Part shown: positions 46,367 through 56,144 of the stretch, piece after piece
Layout of the letters: each line of letters begins with the position of its first letter
Numbering within the stretch: position 1 is the first letter of the stretch
Source: Nitrospirota bacterium
GTDB lineage: Bacteria > Nitrospirota > UBA9217
Reading direction: 5' to 3'
DNA length: 64,000 nt
Assembly: GCA_035498715.1 (NCBI GenBank)
Contig: DATJZV010000090.1
Span: 3,173-67,172, forward strand
Translations under genes and position numbers: made by a program
Notes under the pieces: generated by a model
Told to the model about the DNA's origin: nothing
The model's database searches: none
What the model saw: only the letters and a program-made list of their open reading frames with translations

Positions 46367-47056
46367 TCAAGCGGCTGTCCACATCAACTCATTAAAATCC
46401 AGGATCGCGGGGAACTCTGTGGAGATGCCGGGCTTCATCTTGGAATTGCCCAAAGCCTTGTAGACCACGTACTTGATGCCGTATGCCTTCGCTGTTTTCA
46501 GGACAGACGGAGTATCGTCCACGAACAAGGTGTGTTCCCTTCGGAATCCGAGCTGCCGCTCGGCCTGCTGCCAGAACCCTATCTTCTCCTTTGGTGACCC
46601 CATTGCATCCGATGTGATCGAGCCGGTCAGGTATTTCCCGAGATCGGTTTTTTTGAGCTTCATGTCCAGAACTTTGTAGTGGGCATTGGTAGCAATATAG
46701 GTCTTCTTACCATGCTTATTCATCAGCTGGAGAAAGTCCTCCACGTGGGGATGGACGTCGATGAGGTGCCGTATCTGTTCCTTCAGCGCCAAGATATCTA
46801 GCCCCAGCTCCTGTGACCAGAAATCGATGTCCGTCCAGTTCAGCGTCTCCTCGTGGGATTTGTATTTCTTCAGAAGTTCTTCCTTCGCCTTTCCAAAGGT
46901 CATGCCGTACCTGTCAGCGTACTTCTCCGGAACGAGGTGCTCCCAGAAATAATCGTCGAAATACTTGTCCAGCAGGGTCCCGTCCATGTCGAGAAGGACG
47001 AAGGATATGCCAGGACCTTTGAGCGCTTCTTTTATATCATGAACGGAAAAGGACAT
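46367..47056 (-). CDS. HAD-superfamily hydrolase
   Basis: 229 aa. Motif I is LLDMDGTLLD, motif II is ATNA, and motif IV is FVDDTPSV. Confidence 0.8.
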   Translation of the reverse strand: MSFSVHDIKEALKGPGISFVLLDMDGTLLDKYFDDYFWEHLVPEKYADRYGMTFGKAKEELLKKYKSHEETLNWTDIDFWSQELGLDILALKEQIRHLIDVHPHVEDFLQLMNKHGKKTYIATNAHYKVLDMKLKKTDLGKYLTGSITSDAMGSPKEKIGFWQQAERQLGFRREHTLFVDDTPSVLKTAKAYGIKYVVYKALGNSKMKPGISTEFPAILDFNELMWTAA

Positions 47057-47218
47057 CGGACCTGTTTCTTGCCTTATAAGTTGTCATTGCTATCGACCAA
47101 AGGGGAGCGCGGTCTCCCATTGGAACCGAGATCCGCCTCGTCGCTCCGCTCCTCTCGATGCTCAGGAGCGTTCTTTGCACCACAGAGAGAGTGCACTGAA
47201 GGGACAAAGGACATTTCA

Positions 47219-48316
47219 CTACCGAACATACGCCTCAATCATCAGATCCTGGCCTACGAAACGCGAGGTGACGTTATGAAGCTTGATAGCGTGTCCGAGC
47301 TTCTTTGGTGATATACCGCCGATCGAGCAGAGCGAATCCTTGCCTGTCATAATTGTGGGCGCGATAAACATCACGATCTTATCGACAATGCTGGATTTCA
47401 AGGCAGATGCGTTCACCTCTGCACCGCCCTCGATTAACACGCTCATGATGTCCTTCTGTCCGAGCTTCTTCATAATATCTTGTAAATCCACACGGCCAAG
47501 AACGCTCTTTGTCGTGAGCACTTCTGCTCCGATATCCTGAAGTTTCTTGATTTTGCTTTCCGGTACGTTCGATAACGTTGCAACCATTGTCTTCGCCTGG
47601 GATTTTTGAATCAAGACCTTCGCGTTGAGCGGCATGCGTAACGTGCTGTCAACAATCACGCGGATCGGATCGCGACCTCCAGGAATCCGTGTGGTAAGCG
47701 AGGGATCGTCTCTAAGGATCGTGTTTACACCGACGAGGATTGCATCATTGATATCCCGCAGTCTGCGGCCCTCTTCACGCGCCTCTTCGCTGGTGATCCA
47801 CTTTGACTCACCGGATGCTGTCGCGATCTTCCCGTCCAGGGTCTGTGCGATCTTGAGCGTGACAAAAGGTGTCCTTGTTGTAACGTGTTTAATAAAGGCC
47901 TCATTCAACTTTCTGGCCTCGGCCTCCAGCACACCGGTAACAAGCTTGATGCCGGACTTCCGGATGGTACTGATCCCGCCCCCGGAAACATGGGGATTGG
48001 GATCGATCATGGCTATAACGACCCTTTTCACCCCGCTCTGGACCACGAGAGGCGTGCAGGGAGGCGTGCGTTTGTTCGTGTGAGAGCATGGCTCAAGCGT
48101 CACATAGAGCGTTCCACTTTTGGCAGCCGGTCCGGCCTTTTTGAGAGCAATGGCCTCAGCATGCGGCTCACCCGCCTTCCGATGATATCCCCGGCCTACG
48201 ACGTGCCCGTTCTTCACTACCACGGCGCCAACCATGGGATTCGGGCTTGTGCGGCCTCTGGCCTTCTCAGCCAAGCGGAGAGCCATGCCCATGTATTTTT
48301 CGTCAAGAGATTTCAT
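47219..48316 (-). CDS. ribD: Bifunctional riboflavin biosynthesis protein RibD (pyrimidine deaminase / uracil reductase)
   Basis: 365 aa. The CDA zinc motifs are HAEAIAL and PCSHTNKRTPPC. The C-terminal RibD_C region carries GGAEVNASAL. Confidence 0.92.
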   Translation of the reverse strand: MKSLDEKYMGMALRLAEKARGRTSPNPMVGAVVVKNGHVVGRGYHRKAGEPHAEAIALKKAGPAAKSGTLYVTLEPCSHTNKRTPPCTPLVVQSGVKRVVIAMIDPNPHVSGGGISTIRKSGIKLVTGVLEAEARKLNEAFIKHVTTRTPFVTLKIAQTLDGKIATASGESKWITSEEAREEGRRLRDINDAILVGVNTILRDDPSLTTRIPGGRDPIRVIVDSTLRMPLNAKVLIQKSQAKTMVATLSNVPESKIKKLQDIGAEVLTTKSVLGRVDLQDIMKKLGQKDIMSVLIEGGAEVNASALKSSIVDKIVMFIAPTIMTGKDSLCSIGGISPKKLGHAIKLHNVTSRFVGQDLMIEAYVR

Positions 48317-48440
48317 AATAAACTAATGCTGCAGAAATGCAGAAGATAAAAGGTGAAGGCCCATCATGTTTTTATCTCGTTATACTGACTCATAATTCTT
48401 CGTGGCCTCTGTGCCCTAGTGGGAGAACCAACCTATCAGA

Positions 48441-48468
48441 AACAATAAGGGCGGCTTCCGCCGCCCTT
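48441..48468 (-). terminator. Rho-independent terminator downstream of ppdK
   Basis: The minus strand reads AAGGGCGGC-GGAA-GCCGCCCTT followed by ATTGTTTCT. The stem is 9 bp and GC-rich. Confidence 0.7.
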
Positions 48469-48486
48469 CGAAAAAACGTATCAATT

Positions 48487-51168
48487 TTACTTAGATACCG
48501 AGCCGCCAAAGCCCCTTTCCTTGAGCTTGGCCTGCGCTGCCGCAAGCCGCGCAATCGGCACACGGAAAGGAGAGCAGCTCACGTAGTTGAGTCCGGTCCT
48601 ATAACAGAACTCAACGCTTGCCGGGTCGCCACCGTGCTCGCCACAAATGCCGACCTTAAGGTCCGGCCGAGTGCTACGTCCCTTGGCCACACCCATCTTC
48701 ACGAGCTGGCCCACTCCCTCCTGATCCATCGTCTGGAAGGGGTCCTTTTCGAGGATATTGTTTTCGGTGTAGTAACCGATGAACTTGCCCGCATCGTCAC
48801 GGCTGAAGCCGAAGGTGGTCTGCGTGAGGTCGTTCGTGCCGAAAGAGAAAAACTCCGCCTCTTTGGCGATCTCATCAGCAATGAGCGCAGCGCGCGGCAA
48901 CTCGATCATGGTGCCAATCATGTAATCGACCTTCACGCCCTTTTTCTTCATGACCTCTTCGGCTGTTTTCTTGATGAGGTCTTTCTGGTTCTGCAACTCT
49001 TTTTTCAGGCCCACGAGCGGCACCATGATCTCAGGCACGATCTTCTTGCCCTTTTTCGCAAGGTCGCAGGCGGCTTCAATGATGGCCTTGGTCTGCATGC
49101 GCGTGATCTCGGGGTAGACGATGCCAAGACGGCAACCACGGTGGCCAAGCATGGGGTTCAGCTCATGAAGATCTTCCACGCGGTTGAGAAGTTTTAGCTT
49201 CTTCGTGATTGACGCCTTGGGTGCCTTCTTCGCTTGCATCACCGCGACTTCACACATGAGCTCCTCACGTTTGGGCAGGAACTCATGGAGCGGGGGGTCC
49301 AAAAGACGAACAGTGACGGGGTAGCCTTCCATGGTTTCGAAGAGGCCTTTGAAGTCCGAGCGCTGCATCGGAAGAAGCTTGGAGAGCGCCTTCTCGCGCG
49401 CTTCGGTATTGTCGGCGAGAATCATCTGCTGCACGATCGGCAGCCGGTCTTCGGCGAAAAACATATGCTCGGTGCGGCAGAGACCGATGCCCTCGGCGCC
49501 AAACTTGCGAGCCATTTTTGCATCGCGCGGGATGTCGGCATTGGCGCGCACGCCCATGGTGCGCACCTCATCGACCCAATTCATGAGCGTGCCGAAATCA
49601 CCGCTCACTTCCGGGTCCTTTGTTGGAACTTTGCCGAGGATGACGCGGCCTGTACCGCCGTCGATCGTGATGTAATCACCCATTTTTACGGTATATTTCC
49701 CAACCGTGAACTTCTCTGCCTTGAGGTCAACTTTGATGGATTCGCAGCCAGCCACGCAGGGTTTGCCCATACCACGCGCCACAACAGCCGCGTGGGACGT
49801 CATGCCACCGCGCGCCGTGAGAATTCCTTTTGCAGCATCCATGCCGTGAATATCGTCTGGTGTGGTCTCCGGTCTGACGAGGATGACCTTTTCTTTCTTC
49901 GCGTGCTTCACAGCTTCGTCGGCGGTAAAGACCACTTTCCCCGAGGCCGCGCCCGGCGATGCCGGAAGGCCCTTAGCGATCACCTCGATCTTCGCCTTGG
50001 GATCGATGATGGGATGGAGAAACTGGTCAAGAGAAGCAGGCTCAACGCGAAGGATGGCCTCTTCCTTGGAGATCAGCCCTTCAGCGACCATATCAACGGC
50101 GATCTTGACCGCGGCATGGGCCGTGCGCTTACCCGTACGGGTCTGAAGCATAAAGAGCGTGCCTTCCTGCACGGTGAACTCGAAATCCTGGACGTCACGA
50201 TAATGCTTCTCAAGCCTGTTCGTGATGTCGCGAAGCTGGCGGTACACCGGCGGCATCTCTTTCGCAAGATCGACGATCGGATGAGGTGTCCGAATACCAG
50301 CCACTACGTCCTCGCCCTGTGCATTTGTCAGGTACTCGCCGTAAAACTCGTTGGCGCCCGTGGAAGGGTTCCTCGTAAAACCTACGCCAGTGGCAGAGGT
50401 ATCGCCCATATTGCCGAACACCATTGCTTGGACGTTCACAGCCGTGCCGAGGTTGCCCGGAATATCGTTCAATCTACGGTAGGTAATGGCGCGCGGATTG
50501 TTCCAGGAGTTAAAGACCGCATCCCGTGCCATCATGACCTGTTCCCAAGGGTCCTGGGGAAACTCGCGTTTCTTGATCTGCTTAACCTTGGCCTTGAAGC
50601 TGTCAACGAGCCCCTTCAGGTCCGCTGCCGATAGATCGATGTCGAGGTGAACTTTTTTCTTCTTTTTCGCCTCATGGATGATGTTCTCGAACACTTCCTT
50701 CTCGATGCCCATCACAACATTGCCGAACATTTGGATGAACCGGCGGTAAGCGTCCCAGGCAAAGCGCTCATTGCCGGACAGGCGGATGAGGCCCTGGATC
50801 GTCTGGTCGTTCAGACCAAGGTTCAGAACCGTGTCCATCATGCCGGGCATCGAGAACTTCGATCCTGATCGAACAGACACGAGGAGAGGCTTGTTCACAT
50901 CGCCGAAATGGTAGCTGCCGACCGCAGCCTCGACCCTTTTCATGTAATCACGCATTTCGTCGTCGAGACCGTCAGGGACACGCTTGCCGAGTTCATAGAA
51001 CAGATTGCAGACCTCGGTTGTGATGGTGAACCCCGGCGGGACCGGTACGCCGGCGTTCGTCATCTCGGCAAGGCCAGCGCCCTTGCCGCCGAGCAGGTCT
51101 TTCATCGTTCCTGTCCCGTCGGCCTTTCCGCTGCCAAAAAAGTAAATATATTTTTTCCCCGTCGCCAT
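48487..51168 (-). CDS. ppdK: Pyruvate, phosphate dikinase
   Basis: 893 aa. The N-terminal region reads LLGGKGAGLAEM, the catalytic His is in GGMTSHAAVVARGMGKPCV, and the C-terminal TIM-barrel region reads FFSFGTNDLTQ...CGEHGGDP. Confidence 0.95.
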   Translation of the reverse strand: MATGKKYIYFFGSGKADGTGTMKDLLGGKGAGLAEMTNAGVPVPPGFTITTEVCNLFYELGKRVPDGLDDEMRDYMKRVEAAVGSYHFGDVNKPLLVSVRSGSKFSMPGMMDTVLNLGLNDQTIQGLIRLSGNERFAWDAYRRFIQMFGNVVMGIEKEVFENIIHEAKKKKKVHLDIDLSAADLKGLVDSFKAKVKQIKKREFPQDPWEQVMMARDAVFNSWNNPRAITYRRLNDIPGNLGTAVNVQAMVFGNMGDTSATGVGFTRNPSTGANEFYGEYLTNAQGEDVVAGIRTPHPIVDLAKEMPPVYRQLRDITNRLEKHYRDVQDFEFTVQEGTLFMLQTRTGKRTAHAAVKIAVDMVAEGLISKEEAILRVEPASLDQFLHPIIDPKAKIEVIAKGLPASPGAASGKVVFTADEAVKHAKKEKVILVRPETTPDDIHGMDAAKGILTARGGMTSHAAVVARGMGKPCVAGCESIKVDLKAEKFTVGKYTVKMGDYITIDGGTGRVILGKVPTKDPEVSGDFGTLMNWVDEVRTMGVRANADIPRDAKMARKFGAEGIGLCRTEHMFFAEDRLPIVQQMILADNTEAREKALSKLLPMQRSDFKGLFETMEGYPVTVRLLDPPLHEFLPKREELMCEVAVMQAKKAPKASITKKLKLLNRVEDLHELNPMLGHRGCRLGIVYPEITRMQTKAIIEAACDLAKKGKKIVPEIMVPLVGLKKELQNQKDLIKKTAEEVMKKKGVKVDYMIGTMIELPRAALIADEIAKEAEFFSFGTNDLTQTTFGFSRDDAGKFIGYYTENNILEKDPFQTMDQEGVGQLVKMGVAKGRSTRPDLKVGICGEHGGDPASVEFCYRTGLNYVSCSPFRVPIARLAAAQAKLKERGFGGSVSK

Positions 51169-51296
51169 GTGACTATCCTCCCTGGAAAAGTTTTAGGACT
51201 TAATTTTAGCTTATATATGTGCAGGCATCAGATTTGAGGCGAGCTATATTGATCCTTCTCCTTCGATACATCTGATCTCTGTCTTCTAAACTTTTA

Positions 51297-53381
51297 TTAC
51301 TTTGCCTCTTCTGTGCTCAACACCAGTCGCGAGAAATCCGCGATTCCGGAAAAGAGCCCGGTGATGCCCGCGAGAAGCGCCAAACGGTTATTTTTCACTT
51401 CGGTGTCCTTGTCCATGACCATGACCGTATCGAAAAAAGCGTCAACGTTCTTCCTGAGAGAAGCGATGTCTGTAAGTGCGCCCCGGAAATCGAGCTTTGC
51501 AACCTTTTCCATCACCCGGTCCTTGATCTCCATATACGCGGTACAGAGATTCTGCTCAGCATCCTGTTTCAGGAGGCTCATGTTCACTGTGCCCGCGAAA
51601 TCTTTCGGAAGTATATTGCCTGCCCGCTTGAGGGCTGTTACCAACGGCTGATAATCTTCCGATGTCCGCAAGGCATCGAGCGCCCGCACCTTTTCCCTTC
51701 CAATGAGCGGATCGTCGAACCCGACGGACAGGGCGGCATCCACGACATCGGAGCGGAACCCATCGGACGCAAGCATGCCAGCCAATCGCTGGCGGAAAAA
51801 GTCGAGCGTTTCGGATCCGACCTTCATCGTGTCCTTGTCTTTGAGCCTGTACTGCCTACATGCCTCGGAAATCAAGTCCACGAGCGATAACCGAAGACCC
51901 CGTTCGATCAGCATGTTCAGGATGGCCACGGACTGCCGACGCAGACCATAGGGGTCCTCGGAACCGCTCGGAATGAGCCCCACAGAGAAACAACCCGTGA
52001 TGCTGTCGATCCTGTCCGCGATCCCGACGCAAACGCCTTCGGCTGATGCGGGAAGCTTGTCTCCGGCAAAGCGCGGCAGGTAGTGCTCAAGAATGGCGTC
52101 CGCGACACGTTGGTCCTCGCCCGAGATAAGCGCGTACTGCCTGCCCATCACGCCCTGGAGCTTGGGAAACTCGCCTACCACGCCGGTAAGCAGGTCTGCC
52201 TTGCACAGATAGGCTGCCCTCGCGGACGCGTTTTTGTCCGCCTTTATGATCCCGGCAAGGTAGATCGCCAGCGCCTTCACCCGCTCGGTCTTATCGTAAA
52301 TCGTGCCGAGCTTTTCCTGGTAGGTGACCTTCTTGAGCCCCTCGACCCGGTCGGCAAGCGGCTGTTTTACGTCGTGATCGAAAAAATAGGCAGCATCCGA
52401 GAGCCTCGCCGAAAGGACCCTTTCGTTGCCAGCACGCACCACTTCCATATCCTCGGCGCGTGTGTTGCTGATCGTGATGAAACAGGGAAGGAGATTCCCG
52501 TCGGAAGCCACCACACTGAAATAGCGCTGGTGTTCGCGCATTGCCGTGATCAGGATCTCTTTCGGCACTCTGAGGTAATCCTTGCTGAACGAGCCCATGA
52601 CAGCCACGGGGTATTCCACGAGGTTCGCAACCTCTTCCACGAGCCCGGGGTCATCGAGCACTGTACCGCCCTTCGCCTGCGCCAGTTCCCGAGTCTGCTG
52701 GACGATCCGCTGCTTCCGGACCTCGGGATCGATCACGACAGCGTTCGGTTCCGTCTGCAGGCTATAGGACTTGAAGTCCTTAACCATGAATGCCCCAGGG
52801 CTCATGAACCTGTGGCCGCGCGAAAGGTTGCCGCTCTTGATGCCGTTCAATTCAAAATTTACCACAGAACCACCCCAGAGGGCAAGTATCCAGTGAATTG
52901 GCCGGGCAAAGCGGATGTCCTTGTCCATCCAACGCATGGTCTTCTGGAACGGGATGGAAAGGATGAACTCCGGCAGTACCTGCTCGAGCCAGACTGCGGT
53001 ATCGCCGCCTTTTTCATCAATACGGGCGACAACATACTCGCCCTTGTCTGTTGTCTTGAACGCAAGCGCATTTACGGGAATACCGTTCTTCTCGGCAAAG
53101 ACCATCGCTGCCTTCGTGGGCTTGCCGTCAGCGTCGAAGGCAACCTTCTTCGGCGGGCCGACGACCTCTTTTGAAATGTCTTGCTGCCGCTCGGCGAGCC
53201 GCGGCGCTAAGAGCACGAGCCGTCGAGGCGTACCATAAGTCTGGATCGTGCCGTTCTCGAGCGCAACGCGGCCCGAGGCCAGGAGCTCGGTGAAAAGGTC
53301 CTTCATCTTTCCCAGTGCCGGATTAATGAACCGGGACGGGATTTCTTCGGTCCCAATCTCTAATAAGAATTCTTTGGACAA
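51297..53381 (-). CDS. glyS: Glycine--tRNA ligase beta subunit
   Basis: 694 aa with a TTG start and AGGAGAG upstream. The N-terminal LLEIGTEEIP, YGTPRRL and the overall length fit GlyS. Confidence 0.93.
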   Translation of the reverse strand: MSKEFLLEIGTEEIPSRFINPALGKMKDLFTELLASGRVALENGTIQTYGTPRRLVLLAPRLAERQQDISKEVVGPPKKVAFDADGKPTKAAMVFAEKNGIPVNALAFKTTDKGEYVVARIDEKGGDTAVWLEQVLPEFILSIPFQKTMRWMDKDIRFARPIHWILALWGGSVVNFELNGIKSGNLSRGHRFMSPGAFMVKDFKSYSLQTEPNAVVIDPEVRKQRIVQQTRELAQAKGGTVLDDPGLVEEVANLVEYPVAVMGSFSKDYLRVPKEILITAMREHQRYFSVVASDGNLLPCFITISNTRAEDMEVVRAGNERVLSARLSDAAYFFDHDVKQPLADRVEGLKKVTYQEKLGTIYDKTERVKALAIYLAGIIKADKNASARAAYLCKADLLTGVVGEFPKLQGVMGRQYALISGEDQRVADAILEHYLPRFAGDKLPASAEGVCVGIADRIDSITGCFSVGLIPSGSEDPYGLRRQSVAILNMLIERGLRLSLVDLISEACRQYRLKDKDTMKVGSETLDFFRQRLAGMLASDGFRSDVVDAALSVGFDDPLIGREKVRALDALRTSEDYQPLVTALKRAGNILPKDFAGTVNMSLLKQDAEQNLCTAYMEIKDRVMEKVAKLDFRGALTDIASLRKNVDAFFDTVMVMDKDTEVKNNRLALLAGITGLFSGIADFSRLVLSTEEAK

Positions 53382-53405
53382 TCAATCTCTCCTGACATCA
53401 AATGT

Positions 53406-53482
53406 AATTGAAAAATGAAAATTGGGAATTTTATCATGAGATTCCATTTCCCCACACCCATTTCCATTTCCATTTTTCAATT
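53406..53482. repeat. 17-nt inverted repeat (AATTGAAAAATGAAAAT / ATTTCCATTTTTCAATT) enclosing GGAAAT-type tandem units, in the glyQ-glyS spacer
   Basis: The arms lie at 53406..53422 and 53466..53482. They match at 16 of 17 positions, and all 17 can pair in RNA with one G-U. The interior contains ATTCCATTTCC..CCATTTCCATTTCCATTT. Confidence 0.65.
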
Positions 53483-53514
53483 TACAGCTTCCACTTCGGG
53501 GCCAAGCTGCGCCA

Positions 53515-54384
53515 TCACTTTTTCAGCATCGGAAACCCCTTCGCTTCCCGCTCGGCCAGGTATGCGTGGGCGCAGGCGCGGGCAAGTTTCCTTACTCGGG
53601 CGATATAGCCCGTGCGCTCGGTCACGCTGATCGCACCAGCCGCATCGAGCAGGTTGAACGAGTGGGAACACTTGAGGCAGTAGTCATAGGCGGGTAGTAC
53701 GACACCAGCCTTAATGAGCTTTTCGCACTCCCGTTCGTAGGACTCGAAATGTCGGAAGAGCATCTCCCGGTCCGAAAGTTCAAAATTATATTTCGAGAAT
53801 TGAATTTCAGTGTCGTGGTGGATATCGCCGTACTTCACGCCTTTGGTCCACTCAAGATCAAAGACATTGTTCACGCCCTGAAGGTACATGGCGAGCCGCT
53901 CAATGCCGTAAGTGAGTTCGGCAGAAATTGGTTTGAGGTCGATGCCACCCACCTGCTGAAAGTAGGTGAATTGGGTGACCTCCATGCCGTTGAGCCAGAC
54001 CTCCCATCCGAGCCCCCATGCGCCAAGCGTCGGTGACTCCCAGTCATCCTCGACAAAACGGATATCGTGCTTCAGGGGATTGATTCCCAGCTTAACAAGA
54101 CTTTCAAGATATACGTCCTGGACATTTTCCGGATGAGGTTTCAGGACCACCTGGAATTGATAGTAGTGCTGCATGCGGTTGGGGTTCTCTCCGTAGCGGC
54201 CGTCCGTTGGCCTGCGTGAAGGCTGAACATAGGCTGTCTTCCACGGTTCAGGGCCGAGGACGCGGAGGAACGTAGCCGGATGAAAAGTCCCCGCCCCTAC
54301 CTCAGTGTCATAGGGCTGGTGAATGACGCAGCCCTTCGAGGCCCAGAACTGTTGTAAGGTAAGTATAAGTTCCTGAAATGTCAA
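53515..54384 (-). CDS. glyQ: Glycine--tRNA ligase alpha subunit
   Basis: 289 aa with a TTG start. The regions [33 protein letters not shown] and [18 protein letters not shown] are highly conserved in GlyQ. Confidence 0.95.
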   Translation of the reverse strand: MTFQELILTLQQFWASKGCVIHQPYDTEVGAGTFHPATFLRVLGPEPWKTAYVQPSRRPTDGRYGENPNRMQHYYQFQVVLKPHPENVQDVYLESLVKLGINPLKHDIRFVEDDWESPTLGAWGLGWEVWLNGMEVTQFTYFQQVGGIDLKPISAELTYGIERLAMYLQGVNNVFDLEWTKGVKYGDIHHDTEIQFSKYNFELSDREMLFRHFESYERECEKLIKAGVVLPAYDYCLKCSHSFNLLDAAGAISVTERTGYIARVRKLARACAHAYLAEREAKGFPMLKK

Positions 54385-54436
54385 TGATTACCCCTGCCCG
54401 GAAAAATCGAAAAGAAGGATGGAAAAACAGACTGTT

Positions 54437-54464
54437 ATTATACAAAAAACCCTTATCTTGTCAA
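54437..54464 (-). promoter_or_regulatory. Near-consensus sigma-70 promoter for glyQS (TTGACA-N16-TATAAT)
   Basis: The minus strand reads cTTGACAagataagggttttttgTATAATaac, about 50 nt upstream of the glyQ start. Confidence 0.65.
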
Positions 54465-54591
54465 GAAAATATCCGGCAGATTTTAACCCAAAAAAGAAAA
54501 ATTCTCCCTGTATTTGTATGCATATGATTGGAAATGTACAACCGGGAGGTGCCGTCGAAAGAGCGGTTAATCGTTCCGGATGGTTTGTCGA

Positions 54592-56046
54592 CTAAAAAGT
54601 TACTGTCAGTATAGCGGTATTAGAGGTTATGCCTGAGAGGGCCGCCGTAATAATGGTCGAAGCAGGAAGCGGAGCAATAAGAGAAACCGTAGCCAGCCCC
54701 TGAAAACCCAATGCGTTGCTGATGGTTGCAACATTGGCATCCGAAGAATTCCAGGCTACTGATGTTGTCACGTCTTGCTTGCTCCCGTCTGTAAACGTTC
54801 CAGTGGCCGTAAACTGTTTAGTTGTCGTGGAAGCGATGCTAATATCGGCTGAAGCCGGTGACACCGTGATTAATACCAACTTAGCCGGCGTTACCGTCAG
54901 CGTGGCTGCGTTAGAGGCAATGCCGGAAAAGCTTGCTGTGATTGTGGTTGTACCTTCGGAAAAGGACGTAGCAAGCCCCTTCGTCCCTGATGTATTGCTG
55001 ATCGTGGCAATTCCGGTAACCGAAGAGTTCCATATTACTGATGTAGTGATATCCAGAGTCGTGTTGTCCGAAAAAGTCCCTATGGCAGTGAACAGCTGGG
55101 TCTGCCCGAGGGCAATGCTCTGGTTCGCCGGCGTCACGGTAATCGATTGTAAAACAGGCTGAGTTACCGTGATCGTGGCTGTCGATGAGGTGACCAAGTC
55201 AAACGTCGCTGAAATGTCCGTGGAGCCGACGTTGACAGCAGTGGCGAGCCCTTTATTGCTGATGGCAGCAACGGTTGTACTCGATGAACTCCATAATGCC
55301 GTTGTCGTCAAGTCCTGCGTGTTGGCGCAGCCACCTGACAACGTTCCGGTGGCCGTGAACTGTTGTGTTATCCCCTTGGGGATACTAGTGCTCGCTGGCG
55401 CTACCGCAATAGACGACACGTGGGACGAGGTGAGCGTGGCGGTACCGGTGACGCCGTCATAGATCGCTTCAATAGTGGCTGTTCCGATGGTCGCACCGGC
55501 AGTAGCTAGGCCTTTTGAACCCAATGCATCATTGACGTCGGCTATCCCCATATCCGATGAAGTCCATGTCGCGAATGACGTCAAGTTCTGTACCGTGCTG
55601 TCCACAAGAGTCCCCGTTGCTGCAAACTGCTGAGTCGTCCCCGGAGCGATGCATGGCGGGCTTGTTGGTGTAACCATGATCAAATTAACATGAGATGTGG
55701 AAAGTGTTGTCGTTCCCGTTATACCATCGGAAATAGCACTAATAACGGTGGAACCGGTGGTCGTGGCCGCCGTAGCCAGCCCCGTATTACTGATGGTGGC
55801 AATTCCCGAATCCGATGAATCCCAGGTTACCGATGCTGTCACGTTTCGCTTGCTGTTATCCGAGAACGTTCCCGTGGCTGTGAACTGCACAGTTGTCCCG
55901 GGGGCAATGCTCGAGTTGACCGGCGCTACCGAGAGAGATACCAGCGCAGCCGGGGTGGGAGGCTCCACGGTTTTTGTGCTGCAACTTGCGATCAGGAGCA
56001 GTGCAACACATACTACAACGATCCATGGCCGAGGTCCGTTTTGCAT
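54592..56046 (-). CDS. Lipoprotein with about six bacterial Ig-like group 2 (Big_2) domains
   Basis: 484 aa with lipobox LLIASC. Repeats of about 78 aa carry G(T/Q)T(V/Q)QFTATGT(F/L)SD...(V/A)TW(S/N)SS...(I/V)ATIS..GLAT. Confidence 0.85.
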   Translation of the reverse strand: MQNGPRPWIVVVCVALLLIASCSTKTVEPPTPAALVSLSVAPVNSSIAPGTTVQFTATGTFSDNSKRNVTASVTWDSSDSGIATISNTGLATAATTTGSTVISAISDGITGTTTLSTSHVNLIMVTPTSPPCIAPGTTQQFAATGTLVDSTVQNLTSFATWTSSDMGIADVNDALGSKGLATAGATIGTATIEAIYDGVTGTATLTSSHVSSIAVAPASTSIPKGITQQFTATGTLSGGCANTQDLTTTALWSSSSTTVAAISNKGLATAVNVGSTDISATFDLVTSSTATITVTQPVLQSITVTPANQSIALGQTQLFTAIGTFSDNTTLDITTSVIWNSSVTGIATISNTSGTKGLATSFSEGTTTITASFSGIASNAATLTVTPAKLVLITVSPASADISIASTTTKQFTATGTFTDGSKQDVTTSVAWNSSDANVATISNALGFQGLATVSLIAPLPASTIITAALSGITSNTAILTVTF

Positions 56047-56144
56047 GTCATCAGTCCTTTAATAATAAATAAATCATAAAACGAACTGCATTCCCCTGGC
56101 GAATTCTATTGTAGCACGATTTTATGCAAAGGAAGAGGACAAAG

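Noticed and set aside
48317-48486. Possible FMN (RFN) riboswitch upstream of ribD
   Set aside because: - The conserved RFN core segments (e.g. GGGGCAGGGUGAAAUUCCC..ACCGGCGGU) are not present.
- The spacer is mostly occupied by the ppdK terminator and a short CTGCA-GAAA-TGCAG hairpin.
54385-54591. T-box leader or other riboswitch upstream of glyQS
   Set aside because: - The leader predicted from the near-consensus promoter is only about 50 nt.
- It lacks a T-box sequence, a specifier loop and terminator/antiterminator architecture.
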